NCBI GenBank assembly: GCA_963665235.2
Contig: CAXXLX010000001.1
Location: 4,256,001 to 4,320,000 of the forward strand
Reading direction: 5' to 3'
Length of the DNA: 64,000 nucleotides
Source: Candidatus Poribacteria bacterium
GTDB lineage: Bacteria > Poribacteria > WGA-4E > WGA-3G
Shown one piece after another: positions 9,803 to 19,331 of this stretch. A model generated the notes under the pieces. The model was given only the letters and a program-made list of their open reading frames with translations. It was not told the DNA's origin and did not search any database. How positions within the stretch are numbered: position 1 is the stretch's first letter; every line of letters starts with the position of its first letter. The translations under genes were made by a program, and so were the position numbers.

Positions 9803-10821
9803 TATCAGTCTTTTCGTTGAAGATCGAATCCAGGAGCGTTTTATCGTAACTCTGGTGCAACGTTTTGCGGAAACATATCAGGTAAAAATCAGCATCACGC
9901 CGCATAGTGTGCGCGGCGGAAGTGGAACAGTCATTACGCAATTGAGACAATATCAACGAGACTTGCAGCGCAATCAAGAAGAATTTCCTGATCTCATCAT
10001 CGCGGGGACAGATAGCAATTGCAAAGGGTTTTTGGAACGCGAAAGGGAGATTAGTCAGGCCATTTCCGATTTTATCCGTTTAGTCATCATTGCAATACCT
10101 GAGCCCCATATTGAAAGGTGGTTGCTTCTCGATTCAGCAGCATTCAAAGCTGTGTTCGGCAAAGGTTGTCCAGCACCTGATTAGAAATGTGAACAAGACC
10201 GCTACAAGCGTATGCTGCTAAATGCCATAGCTGAAGCAGGCATAATGCCAACCCTAGATGGCATTGAGCAGATAGAAGACCTTGTTAATGCCATGGATTT
10301 GCAACGGTTGGCACAAAACGACCGGTCTGTGATAGACCCCCAGCTAAAGCAAGGGGGCTTCCGCAAAGTTATGCGAAAGCGTTCGTGCGATTAACGACCT
10401 TGTTTAGAAAACCTATAGCGGTTCTCCAGGGACAGAAGCCTACTGCAACAGTCGCTACCCCGACTGCGACACCGAAGTGTCCTTGTGAAATTTGTTTTGA
10501 GTCGTATTGTTCAAACGGGTTTCAGCATTACCTGTCTTTCCCTACTAACGACTGTCATGCTACACTTTCTGACTACGACATTAGAGCTTTACACTATAGG
10601 AAGTCTAATCATGAGGCGCGTAACTGCCCTCTATAGCAACCGTACACTCTAACTATTTAAACGAAAAATAGTCTAAAAGGTTTAGTGTGCAATCAAAGTT
10701 TTTAGCGGTGTCTACATCCCCCAGCTAAAGCTTGGGGGTTTTGACACCGAATATTATGATAAACAGATTCCTAAGCGCGCTACACCGCCAGTTCAGAACT
10801 TGGCAACAGACAGAGAATTGA
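9795..10821 (+). pseudogene. DUF4276/TOPRIM-like ATPase partner with an internal stop and an IS insertion
   Basis: FVED, DSNC and PEPHIERWLL motifs. In-frame TAG at 10182. Deleting 10329-10758 restores ...NDRS-INRFLSALHRQFRTWQQTEN*. Confidence 0.75.
10329..10758 (-). mobile_element. Non-autonomous IS200/IS605-family element
   Basis: Subterminal hairpins CCCCCAGCTAAAGC..GGGGG at both ends. On the minus strand it follows TTTAT and ends TCAC. No TSD. Precise removal restores the host ORF. Confidence 0.8.
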
Positions 10822-10846
10822 GCACAGCAATACGGCATCATTTTTC

Positions 10847-12460
10847 TCAAAGACCCGCTGCATGCCGTCCTGCAGCCGGGTCACCCGCAGCAGCGTAAGT
10901 TCCGCTATCCTTGTCAATATAGAGCATAACAGGCGCCGCAATAGCCCCTGCCTGTGCCCTAACCTGATGCCCCCGATTGATAAGTTCTTGCCGAACGTTC
11001 TCACTGACACTGTCATTGATAGTCAATGAACCGGGCCCTTTAAACGTCTGCCCTCGGTTCGGATTCGGATCGAATGAATCTTCGTGATGGGCGGTAGCAA
11101 AACGTGGTGCTGTGACCGCGTCTTCAGGCCGCATCCCGAACGCAGTAAAATTGAGCAACAAATTCAGCGTTGCCTGATCTTGTAGGTCGCCTCCCGCAAC
11201 GCTAATTGCTAAAATCGGTGCGCCATCCTTAAGAACTAACGTAGGCGTAAGCGTAATCCGCGGACGCTTTCCGGGCTGAATACAGTTCGGATGCCCCGGC
11301 GTTGTGTTAAGACTCCGCAAGCGGTTGCCATAACTGACACCGGTTGGACCGACCATACCGCCTGCATGATACACGTTCGCGCTCGGTGTAGCAGAAACAA
11401 CATTCCCCCATCGGTCAGCAATCACACAAGTCGTCGTTCCGCCTACGCCCGGTCTGAAGAGACCATCCGCTTTTAGCGGTTGCATGTTATCTACATCGCC
11501 CGGCCGGGCTTCGTTTGATGCCGTTTCCATATCAATTAACGGACGGCGGATGTCGTTATAAGCATCGGAAAGCAGGGCAGATAACGGAACATCCACAAAT
11601 TCCGGATCGCCGTAGTATGCATCCCGATCGGCCATCGCCAACTTGAGCGCCTCTGTGACCACATGCACATAATCTGCCGACAGGTGGCCCATCGTTTCGA
11701 GGTCAAAACCTTCCAACAGACGCAACGCTTGACAGAGGTAAGGCCCTTGTGTCCACGGGCCACACTTACACACCGTATATCCCTGGTATTCTACTGTTAC
11801 AGGGTCTTCAATCGGGGTGGTATGTGCAGCGAGGTCTCTCTTACGGAGAAAACCGTCCTTTTCAATATAAAAACCCTCTAATGCATCCGCGATATCGCTA
11901 TTAGCTCCATTCCGTCCGTAAAACCGATCGCTTGCAGCTTGAACTTTTTTCTCACGACTTCCAGCTGTCTTCCGCTCCTCCTCTACCATCCGCCGCAGTG
12001 TAACTGCCAAATCAGCATGCCAATCTGCCCCACCTGCATCAAGCAGTGCCAATGTAGGCGCGACGATGTCCTCGAACGTCATGGTCCCATACTGCTTGAG
12101 TGTAGTCGTGCAGAGGTCTACGACTGATGGGACAGGTGCCATTTTGATGTCCCAATTGGGAATACCGTTTTCCATGTACCAATCAACAGCATCTTGCGAA
12201 AGCGGGGCGCGTCCTTGTCCAGCGAGCGATTTCACCTCCTGCTTCTCCGCGTCAAAGATAAGAAGTGGCACCTCCCCGCCGATAGAGCAAGCCCCGTGGT
12301 CCGTGACATTGAGTGCAAGGATTGTTCCCGCCGCTGCGTCTGCCGCGTTTCCACCAGCTTCCAAAATTTCAATTCCCGCTGCAACTGCCTTTGCCCCCCC
12401 TGCAGCAACAACCCCAGTTTTACTAACCGCTTTCCAACCAATTTCTTGTGTGTTTGGCAT
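10847..12460 (-). CDS. ggt: Gamma-glutamyltransferase family protein
   Basis: GGNAADAA, YYGDPEF, GTTT...DRWGN and PGKRPRITLTP motifs. Confidence 0.88.
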   Translation of the reverse strand: MPNTQEIGWKAVSKTGVVAAGGAKAVAAGIEILEAGGNAADAAAGTILALNVTDHGACSIGGEVPLLIFDAEKQEVKSLAGQGRAPLSQDAVDWYMENGIPNWDIKMAPVPSVVDLCTTTLKQYGTMTFEDIVAPTLALLDAGGADWHADLAVTLRRMVEEERKTAGSREKKVQAASDRFYGRNGANSDIADALEGFYIEKDGFLRKRDLAAHTTPIEDPVTVEYQGYTVCKCGPWTQGPYLCQALRLLEGFDLETMGHLSADYVHVVTEALKLAMADRDAYYGDPEFVDVPLSALLSDAYNDIRRPLIDMETASNEARPGDVDNMQPLKADGLFRPGVGGTTTCVIADRWGNVVSATPSANVYHAGGMVGPTGVSYGNRLRSLNTTPGHPNCIQPGKRPRITLTPTLVLKDGAPILAISVAGGDLQDQATLNLLLNFTAFGMRPEDAVTAPRFATAHHEDSFDPNPNRGQTFKGPGSLTINDSVSENVRQELINRGHQVRAQAGAIAAPVMLYIDKDSGTYAAAGDPAAGRHAAGL

Positions 12461-12713
12461 TGATTTTCCTCTGTTTTAGTGTTATCTTCGTTCAACTTCT
12501 CAAATCCTCTCTTTGCCTTATAGCATAGCACAAAATTTTATCTTGTGCAACGCCTAAATCCAAAATGAAAAAATAAGGTTTCGAAATATTTAACGCGAAA
12601 ACCCCCGGCACCATTTTTCTCAATTTTATTACTTGAATAATAAACGGAATTCGGTTAGAATTCTGTTCAAGCAGCAAACCTTGAAATAGCGCGGCAACTC
12701 CTCTGGTGTTCAC

Positions 12714-13316
12714 ATGGAAATTCCAAATATCTTTATACTCGGTGAAGATTCGCAAGCGGGAACATACATCCTGCGAATCCAGCTTCAAGAAAATAAGAGC
12801 TTACAATTCGGGCGATTTAAGAGAGGCAAACGGATCTCACTTCCCGCAGGGGTTTACACTTATGTCGGCTCCGCACTTTCGGAAAAAGGGTCTACTTCGC
12901 TAGCGCGACGGCTTGTTCGACATGCAACGCGAAGTGGTGAAAAACCGCCACACGCCATCAGAGCAGAAATGTTAAAACAATTCCTTGAAGGTAGTTTGGG
13001 ACCTCCCGACCCGCTTCCCAAAAACGGCAAAAAATTGTTTTGGAATATCGATTTTCTGCTGGATTTAGAAGCAGCCGAAATCACCCATGTCATCCTAATT
13101 CGCTCGCCTGAACGTTTGGAATCGACAATCGCACAGCTCCTCGAACAGACCGCAGGCACAAAGATAATCGAGAAGGGATTAGGCGCAAATGATGCCCCCG
13201 GTAATACCCACATATTGCATGTCACCGCAGCTGAGACGTGGTGGACATCTTTAGCGGAAAATATTTTATTCTGTCAACATTGGCTTAAATCCAGAAAATC
13301 TAACCAACTAGCATAG
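12714..13316 (+). CDS. DUF123/Uri GIY-YIG nuclease-like protein
   Basis: GTYIL, G.YTYVGSA, RL.RH, WNIDFLL and G.GAND motifs. Confidence 0.8.
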   Translation: MEIPNIFILGEDSQAGTYILRIQLQENKSLQFGRFKRGKRISLPAGVYTYVGSALSEKGSTSLARRLVRHATRSGEKPPHAIRAEMLKQFLEGSLGPPDPLPKNGKKLFWNIDFLLDLEAAEITHVILIRSPERLESTIAQLLEQTAGTKIIEKGLGANDAPGNTHILHVTAAETWWTSLAENILFCQHWLKSRKSNQLA

Positions 13317-13328
13317 AAAGGCTCAGCT

Positions 13329-14765
13329 ATGGCACAATCTCCGAATATTCTCTTTCTTCTTACCGACCAACAACGTTTCGATTCGCTCAGTTGCAACGGT
13401 GCCCCTATTTGCAGAACACCCGCTATTGACGAAATCGCTGAAACCGGCATGCGTTTCACAAAGGCCTACACGCCAATAGCACTCTGTTCGCCAGCACGTG
13501 CATCCCTGCTCACGGGGCTCTATCCACACAATCACGGGCAGCTGTCAAACATGGGAAATTTCAACGGTGTATTCGCAAACCAGCTCCTTGACAAACCCGC
13601 GTACCCACAACTTCTGAAAGCAGCAGGTTATAATGTAGCCTGTGTCGGAAAATGGCATCTCGCCAAACAGGGTGACACCGAGTTCTGGGGATACGATAAA
13701 TGGCATCCTTATAACGAGTGGCATCAGTGGCTCCGAGACGATGAAATTGACTTCCGAATTGATAGAGACGCGGTTCAACCCCTTGAATGGGGCGGCGAGG
13801 CACCCTTCTACGGAAAACATCCGCTCTCTGCCGAACGCACAATGGAGGCATGGACAGCAGATAAAACAATTGAACTCATCAATGGATACACAGATTCCGA
13901 GCAGCCCTTTATGATTGCCGCGAATTTCTTCGGACCCCATTTCCCTTATGCTGTCCCCGCACCTTACGATACGATGTACGACTCGGATACCGTTCCCCAG
14001 TGGGGCAACTTTGATGAACAGTTTATCAACAAACCGCTCATCCAGCAGAAGGAGATGCTCCGATGGAACACCAGCCACCTGACATGGCCCGATTGGCAAA
14101 AGGTTATCGCCGCTTACTGGGGATTCTGCACCTTCATCGATGACCAACTCCAGCGAATTTTCAATTGCCTTGAAGAAAAGGGACTTACAGAAAACACCAT
14201 CGTTATCTTTTCAACGGACCACGGCGACATGCTCGGCAGCCACCGACTTTTTAACAAGGGTTTTCACATGTACGAGGAAACACACCACATCCCACTCGTT
14301 ATCCGCTGGCCGGGGATAACATCTCCCGGAACAACCTGTGATGAATTTGTGAACCTCGTCGATCTGATGCCCACATTTTTGGAAATGGCGGGTGCAACAG
14401 TACCGAATAATCTCGATGGTCGGTCTATCCTACCGTTGCTGAAAGGCGAAACCGTAGCAGATTGGCCAGATGACATATTCGCCGAATTTCATGGATACGA
14501 AGCCACGCTCGCCTCTGTGCGGATGGTGCGGACCGATTCCTGGAAATACGTCTACAATCCCTACAGTCAAGACGAACTCTACGACATGCAAAGCGACCCG
14601 CATGAACTCCATAACCTTGCAACACACCTTGGCTACAAACACGTGCTCCGTCGAATGAAAGAACGGATGGTCAATCGGTTGCGTGAAACGCGAGATAACA
14701 TCGTCATGGAAGGCGGATGGCAGAGCAATTCCTATGATCTGCTTGTGTCCGGGAGGGAACAATAG
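13329..14765 (+). CDS. Formylglycine-dependent sulfatase
   Basis: CSPARASLLTG (CxPxR), VGKWH, STDHG and ELYD..DPHEL motifs. Confidence 0.93.
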   Translation: MAQSPNILFLLTDQQRFDSLSCNGAPICRTPAIDEIAETGMRFTKAYTPIALCSPARASLLTGLYPHNHGQLSNMGNFNGVFANQLLDKPAYPQLLKAAGYNVACVGKWHLAKQGDTEFWGYDKWHPYNEWHQWLRDDEIDFRIDRDAVQPLEWGGEAPFYGKHPLSAERTMEAWTADKTIELINGYTDSEQPFMIAANFFGPHFPYAVPAPYDTMYDSDTVPQWGNFDEQFINKPLIQQKEMLRWNTSHLTWPDWQKVIAAYWGFCTFIDDQLQRIFNCLEEKGLTENTIVIFSTDHGDMLGSHRLFNKGFHMYEETHHIPLVIRWPGITSPGTTCDEFVNLVDLMPTFLEMAGATVPNNLDGRSILPLLKGETVADWPDDIFAEFHGYEATLASVRMVRTDSWKYVYNPYSQDELYDMQSDPHELHNLATHLGYKHVLRRMKERMVNRLRETRDNIVMEGGWQSNSYDLLVSGREQ

Positions 14766-14771
14766 CAATAG

Positions 14772-14879
14772 TAGGGGCGAGGTGACCTCGCCCTACGAAC
14801 AGGGCGAGGTCACCTCGCCCTACGAACAGGGCGGGGAAACCTCGCCCTACGAACAGGGCGGGGAAACCCCGCCCCTACG
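14772..14879. repeat. Tandem GTAG-type REP-like hairpins
   Basis: Four units of GGGCG(A/G)GG...CC(T/C)CGCCC(C)TACG. Confidence 0.75.
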
Positions 14880-15023
14880 CACCGCAACTCCTAACGGAAC
14901 AGAAGGACTACAATTAAACCTGCATAATGTCTAATTTCTCTTTGCTATCATACCGTTGAACATGCTATAATAGTAAACGTTACACAATTTAAGAAACCTT
15001 TCCGAGAATAAAGGAGACAAAAT

Positions 15024-15803
15024 ATGCGAAAATTGATTTTAGTTTTGGGATTAACTTGTGCAATCGCTTGGCTGCTCCCGCAGGCGAGCACCGCCAAACT
15101 TGACCCGGAAACCGCTGTCGGTGTCTGGCTATTTGATGAAAACAGGGGCGACACTGCCGCGGATTCTTCAGGAAAAGAGCATACTGGCACGCTCAACGGT
15201 GCCAAATGGACAGACGGAAAATTCGGAGCTGGCCTCGAATTTGATGGCGGACAGTCGGTGTCCATCGAATCAACGCCGGACTTACAACTCGGTAGTGAAT
15301 TCACTATGATGGCTTGGTTTTTTGCCACAGATATCGCGAGTTGGCGACAACTCATCGCTAAAAACGCCGAGTATCTTTTACGAATCGACCCCCCTGGAGA
15401 ACAAAACAGGATGTCTGCATTTGTCCACCTCGGCGGATGGGAACCGAGAGCCTCATCACGGGTACCAGAGACAAAGGAGTGGATCCACTTCGCTGCAACT
15501 TATGATAAAGGCAAAAACGCTGACCAACTTGTCGTGTACGTCAACGGGAAAGAGGCAGGCAAAAGCACACGCGCCGGCAACCCCGTCGGAACCAATAATC
15601 CGGTTACCATCGGACGCTGGAATAACGGTTCATACTTCTTCGGTATCATTGACGAAGTCGCCATATTTAAAGCTGTGCTGAGTGAAGACGATTTGGGAAC
15701 CATTATGGAACACGGGTTGGATAAAGCACTTGGCGGCGTAGCCGCTGTCGATGCGTCTAACAAACTCGCCACGACATGGGGAACTCTCAAAACCGCTAGA
15801 TAG
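15024..15803 (+). CDS. Secreted LamG-like jellyroll protein
   Basis: Signal peptide, WLFDE, GKFGAGLEFDG, WIHFAATYD and GIIDEVAIF motifs. C-terminal VDASNKLATTWGTLK. Confidence 0.88.
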   Translation: MRKLILVLGLTCAIAWLLPQASTAKLDPETAVGVWLFDENRGDTAADSSGKEHTGTLNGAKWTDGKFGAGLEFDGGQSVSIESTPDLQLGSEFTMMAWFFATDIASWRQLIAKNAEYLLRIDPPGEQNRMSAFVHLGGWEPRASSRVPETKEWIHFAATYDKGKNADQLVVYVNGKEAGKSTRAGNPVGTNNPVTIGRWNNGSYFFGIIDEVAIFKAVLSEDDLGTIMEHGLDKALGGVAAVDASNKLATTWGTLKTAR

Positions 15804-15916
15804 CCTGACTATATATCTGATTCTAAAAAGGGCGGAGCTTATTAGCATCCGCCCCATCTCAAAAAAACATATCCGAACGTTCAAAAAAATAAACATTAAG
15901 GAGAAAACTAACCCTT

Positions 15917-18900
15917 ATGTCCATCCCCAAAATGTCCGTAAACAACCCTGTTTTAGCCAACATGCTGATGATTCTTATTATCGTCTTTGGGACATACGCC
16001 TGGATAAACCTACCGCGAGAACTCACACCGGAGATCGCGCTCCAAAACGTTACCGTAACAACGTTGTACCCGGGGGCATCCCCAGAAGAGGTAGAAAAAC
16101 TCGTTACCGCTCCTATTGAAGACTCAATAGAAGAAAACGTTAACAAAATCAATTGGATGCTCTCCACCTCTTCTGAGGGCAGGTCTATTATCTCAGTCGA
16201 TTTTGATGAGATGAGCGACCGGGATTTTGACAAGGAGCTTGAAAACCTACGCACTGCGGTAGAATTAGTAAACGACTTGCCAGCGGACATTTTGGACGAC
16301 CCGCGGGTGGAGGAATTAGATGTTTCCTCCGGTTTTCCGATGTTGACAATTGTCGTCGGCGGCACCATCTCCGAGTCACAGATGCGGGATATCGCCGAGA
16401 ATCTGAAGGACGAAATACTAGAAATTAAAAATATTGCATCCGTACAAATCGCCGGACTTCGCGAACGAGAAATCTGGATTGAAGTCAATCCCCAGCGTTT
16501 AAAAGCCTATAATCTTCCAATTAGTGCCGTTCTCACCGGGTTGCAAGCGAAAAATTTAAACCTCCCCGCAGGAACGATGGACATCGCGAATACGGAGTTT
16601 ATGGTCCGCACAATGGGAGAATTCCGTGACCCGGACAGCATCGGCGATACAATTCTCGCCGTTCACCCCACAGGAACACCGCTCCGGCTCAGCGACGTTG
16701 CTACAATTTCTGATACATATCAGGAAGCGCGAACGCTTTCACGGATTGATGGACAACCCTCAATCAGCCTCAGCGTTCAGAAGAAGAAAGAGGGAAATAC
16801 CATCTCTTTGGTCGCAGAACTTCGCGACTTAGTTAAAAAACGCCAAACGGAACTTCCTGAAGGGGCGGTGCTAACACCGGTCAACGATTATTCCGTAATC
16901 TTGAAAGAACGGTTGGGCATTCTTGAAACGAACGCTGTTTTCGGACTTATACTCGTTATACTGATGCTTTTCATTTTTATCGGATGGCGTAATGCGCTGT
17001 TTGCTGCACTCGGCATTCCGGTAGCCTTCATGGCAACGTTCTGGTTCATGTCAATGGCAGGATACACGCTCAGTGGCGTTGCCCTATTTGGTCTCATCTT
17101 AGTCGTTGGAATTGTTGTTGACGACGCTATCGTTGTCATAGAGAACACATACCGACATATCGAGGCAGGTGAACCTCCGAAAGTTGCCGCCGTTCGTGGC
17201 GCAGAAGAGGTCGGCTGGCCAGTCGTCGCAGCAAGCTTAACAACAATTGGCGCGTTTGGGCCCCTGATGTTTATGTCCGGGGTTTCAGGACAGTTTATGC
17301 GGATAGTGCCAATAATGGCGATTATCGTCTTGATGGCCTCCCTCTTCGAAGTTTTCGTTATCCTACCAGCACACATCTCTGAATGGGGAAAAGCCAGACA
17401 TCAAACAGGACGCAGCAGACTTGAAGGTATACGAACCCGCTCAAGGAATGTCTTTACCTTAAGTATCCTCTTTACCGGCTTCTTCGCATGGTTTGCCCTA
17501 TTTTTCGATTTCATACGGAGCCGATACGTCAGAATCCTAAAAATTACGCTCCGCCGCAGGTATATATTTGTCGGAAGCGTTCTCCTCATCGGTTTAATCT
17601 CATGCATAAGCGCGTTTATCGTGCTTGACAAAGAGCTCTTCCCTGGTGAAGATTTTCCACAATTCTACGTCAAAGCAGAGATGCCACCCTCTTACGGTAT
17701 ACAAGAAACAGCAGCTGTCATGGCACAAATTGAAAATGCTGCGAAAGAACTCCCAGCAGATGAAGTCGCTGCACTTGTTAGCAACATCGGTTTACATACG
17801 CCTACGACGGGCCTCCTTGAAGGAATTACCTACGGCTCCAATTTTGCCGAACTTATCGTCGAACTCGTCCCTAAAGATAAACGCATCCGCAATACCGACC
17901 AAGTTATCGATGAACTGCGGGAAAAAACCAAAAAGATTAGTGGACTCGAAAAAGAAGCCAATTTTGCCAAAATTCAGGGCGGCCCCCCACAAGGACAAGA
18001 CGTTGAGGTGAAAGTCAAAGGGGACCAATTTGAACAGTTATCAGAAATCGCTGCACAGCTTAAAAGCACATTGCGCGGAATAGATGGCGTGGAAGACATT
18101 CGAGACGATTTACGTATCGGTAAATCTGAATTACGCATCTATTTGAAACCTGAAAAAGCAGCACAATTCGGAATGTCAACACTCCAAATCGCACAAACTG
18201 TCCGAACAGCCATAGAAGGCGCGAAAGCCACAACCTACCGCGAGGCTGATGAAGCGATTGATGTCATCGTCAAATACAGTGAAGACCGCTTACAAACCCT
18301 CGAAGAACTTAACGAACTACTTATAGCAACCCCCACCGGGACGATTATTCCGCTAAAAGATGTCGCCGAAATCGTAGAAGAAAAAGGTTACGCGGATATT
18401 AAACGTTTCGAAGGCGAACGGGCAATCACTGTTTATGCAGTTGTCGATAGGACAAAAACAACACCTTTTGAAGTGAACCAAGCCTTAATGAATACGTTTG
18501 CCGATATTGAATCTCTGTATCCAGGCTACCGCCTCGATTTCCGGGGAGTCTTCGACGAAATACGGGAATCTTTTTCAGAGTTATGGAAACTTTTTATCGT
18601 CGGGGTGCTTGTAATTTATATGATATTGGGAGCGCAATTCAAATCCTTTATTCAACCGATTATTATTCTTTTTGCTGTGCCGTTCGGAATGATCGGGGCA
18701 ATGGTCGGTTTGCTCTTTTCTAATGCAACGCTCAGCCTCATTGCCATGTTTGGAATTGTCGCACTCGCCGGTATCGTTGTCAACGACTCAATTGTACTTA
18801 TCGATTTTATCAACAGGTACCGGGAGCGCGGTTATAACAAATGGTATGCGATTCTGAAAGGGGGAAGCCTCCGTTTACGCCCAATTATCTTAACCTCGTT

Positions 18901-19147
18901 GACCACCATCATCGGTCTGATACCGATGGCAGTCGGACTCGGTGGCAAATCGCCTATATGGATGCCGATGGCGAACACCATCATCTTCGGGCTTGCCTTT
19001 GCAACGATTATGACACTGTTTGTAATGCCAGCACTTTACGCCATCATAACCGACCTGCGCGGCTTCTTCTTAAAAGATGCCGAGGCACGATTCCGACTCG
19101 TTTCAGATGATGACTTGCTGGGCGAAGCTGCCCCAGCTGATGATTAA
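15917..19147 (+). CDS. AcrB/AcrD/AcrF-family RND transporter
   Basis: YPGASPEEVE, GIVVDDAIVVIEN, GIVVNDSIVLID and RLRPIILTSLTT motifs. Confidence 0.95.
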   Translation: MSIPKMSVNNPVLANMLMILIIVFGTYAWINLPRELTPEIALQNVTVTTLYPGASPEEVEKLVTAPIEDSIEENVNKINWMLSTSSEGRSIISVDFDEMSDRDFDKELENLRTAVELVNDLPADILDDPRVEELDVSSGFPMLTIVVGGTISESQMRDIAENLKDEILEIKNIASVQIAGLREREIWIEVNPQRLKAYNLPISAVLTGLQAKNLNLPAGTMDIANTEFMVRTMGEFRDPDSIGDTILAVHPTGTPLRLSDVATISDTYQEARTLSRIDGQPSISLSVQKKKEGNTISLVAELRDLVKKRQTELPEGAVLTPVNDYSVILKERLGILETNAVFGLILVILMLFIFIGWRNALFAALGIPVAFMATFWFMSMAGYTLSGVALFGLILVVGIVVDDAIVVIENTYRHIEAGEPPKVAAVRGAEEVGWPVVAASLTTIGAFGPLMFMSGVSGQFMRIVPIMAIIVLMASLFEVFVILPAHISEWGKARHQTGRSRLEGIRTRSRNVFTLSILFTGFFAWFALFFDFIRSRYVRILKITLRRRYIFVGSVLLIGLISCISAFIVLDKELFPGEDFPQFYVKAEMPPSYGIQETAAVMAQIENAAKELPADEVAALVSNIGLHTPTTGLLEGITYGSNFAELIVELVPKDKRIRNTDQVIDELREKTKKISGLEKEANFAKIQGGPPQGQDVEVKVKGDQFEQLSEIAAQLKSTLRGIDGVEDIRDDLRIGKSELRIYLKPEKAAQFGMSTLQIAQTVRTAIEGAKATTYREADEAIDVIVKYSEDRLQTLEELNELLIATPTGTIIPLKDVAEIVEEKGYADIKRFEGERAITVYAVVDRTKTTPFEVNQALMNTFADIESLYPGYRLDFRGVFDEIRESFSELWKLFIVGVLVIYMILGAQFKSFIQPIIILFAVPFGMIGAMVGLLFSNATLSLIAMFGIVALAGIVVNDSIVLIDFINRYRERGYNKWYAILKGGSLRLRPIILTSLTTIIGLIPMAVGLGGKSPIWMPMANTIIFGLAFATIMTLFVMPALYAIITDLRGFFLKDAEARFRLVSDDDLLGEAAPADD

Positions 19148-19155
19148 ATAGAATA

Positions 19156-19307
19156 ACCTAAGTTGCCACATAGTAGCATAATCTTCCAGATTGTGCATAT
19201 TTGTGTGCAAATTGGAAGTGAACGGGACAAATATTAGCCAATTATCAGCATATTTTCATTAAAGACGGTGTTTCCAGCTCTAAAAACTTATAAGTAGCAA
19301 CTTGGGT
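19156..19307. mobile_element. 152-bp MITE (ACC(T/C)AAGTTGC termini)
   Basis: Terminal inverted repeats and 7-bp TSD TAGAATA. Near-identical inverted copy at 53794-53945. Confidence 0.85.
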
Positions 19308-19331
19308 TAGAATAACAAAGCGAGGCGTGGA

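Noticed and set aside
10182-10184. Pyrrolysine or other read-through of the TAG
   Set aside because: The same gene is also IS-disrupted and there are no pyl genes in the window. A nonsense mutation is the simpler explanation.
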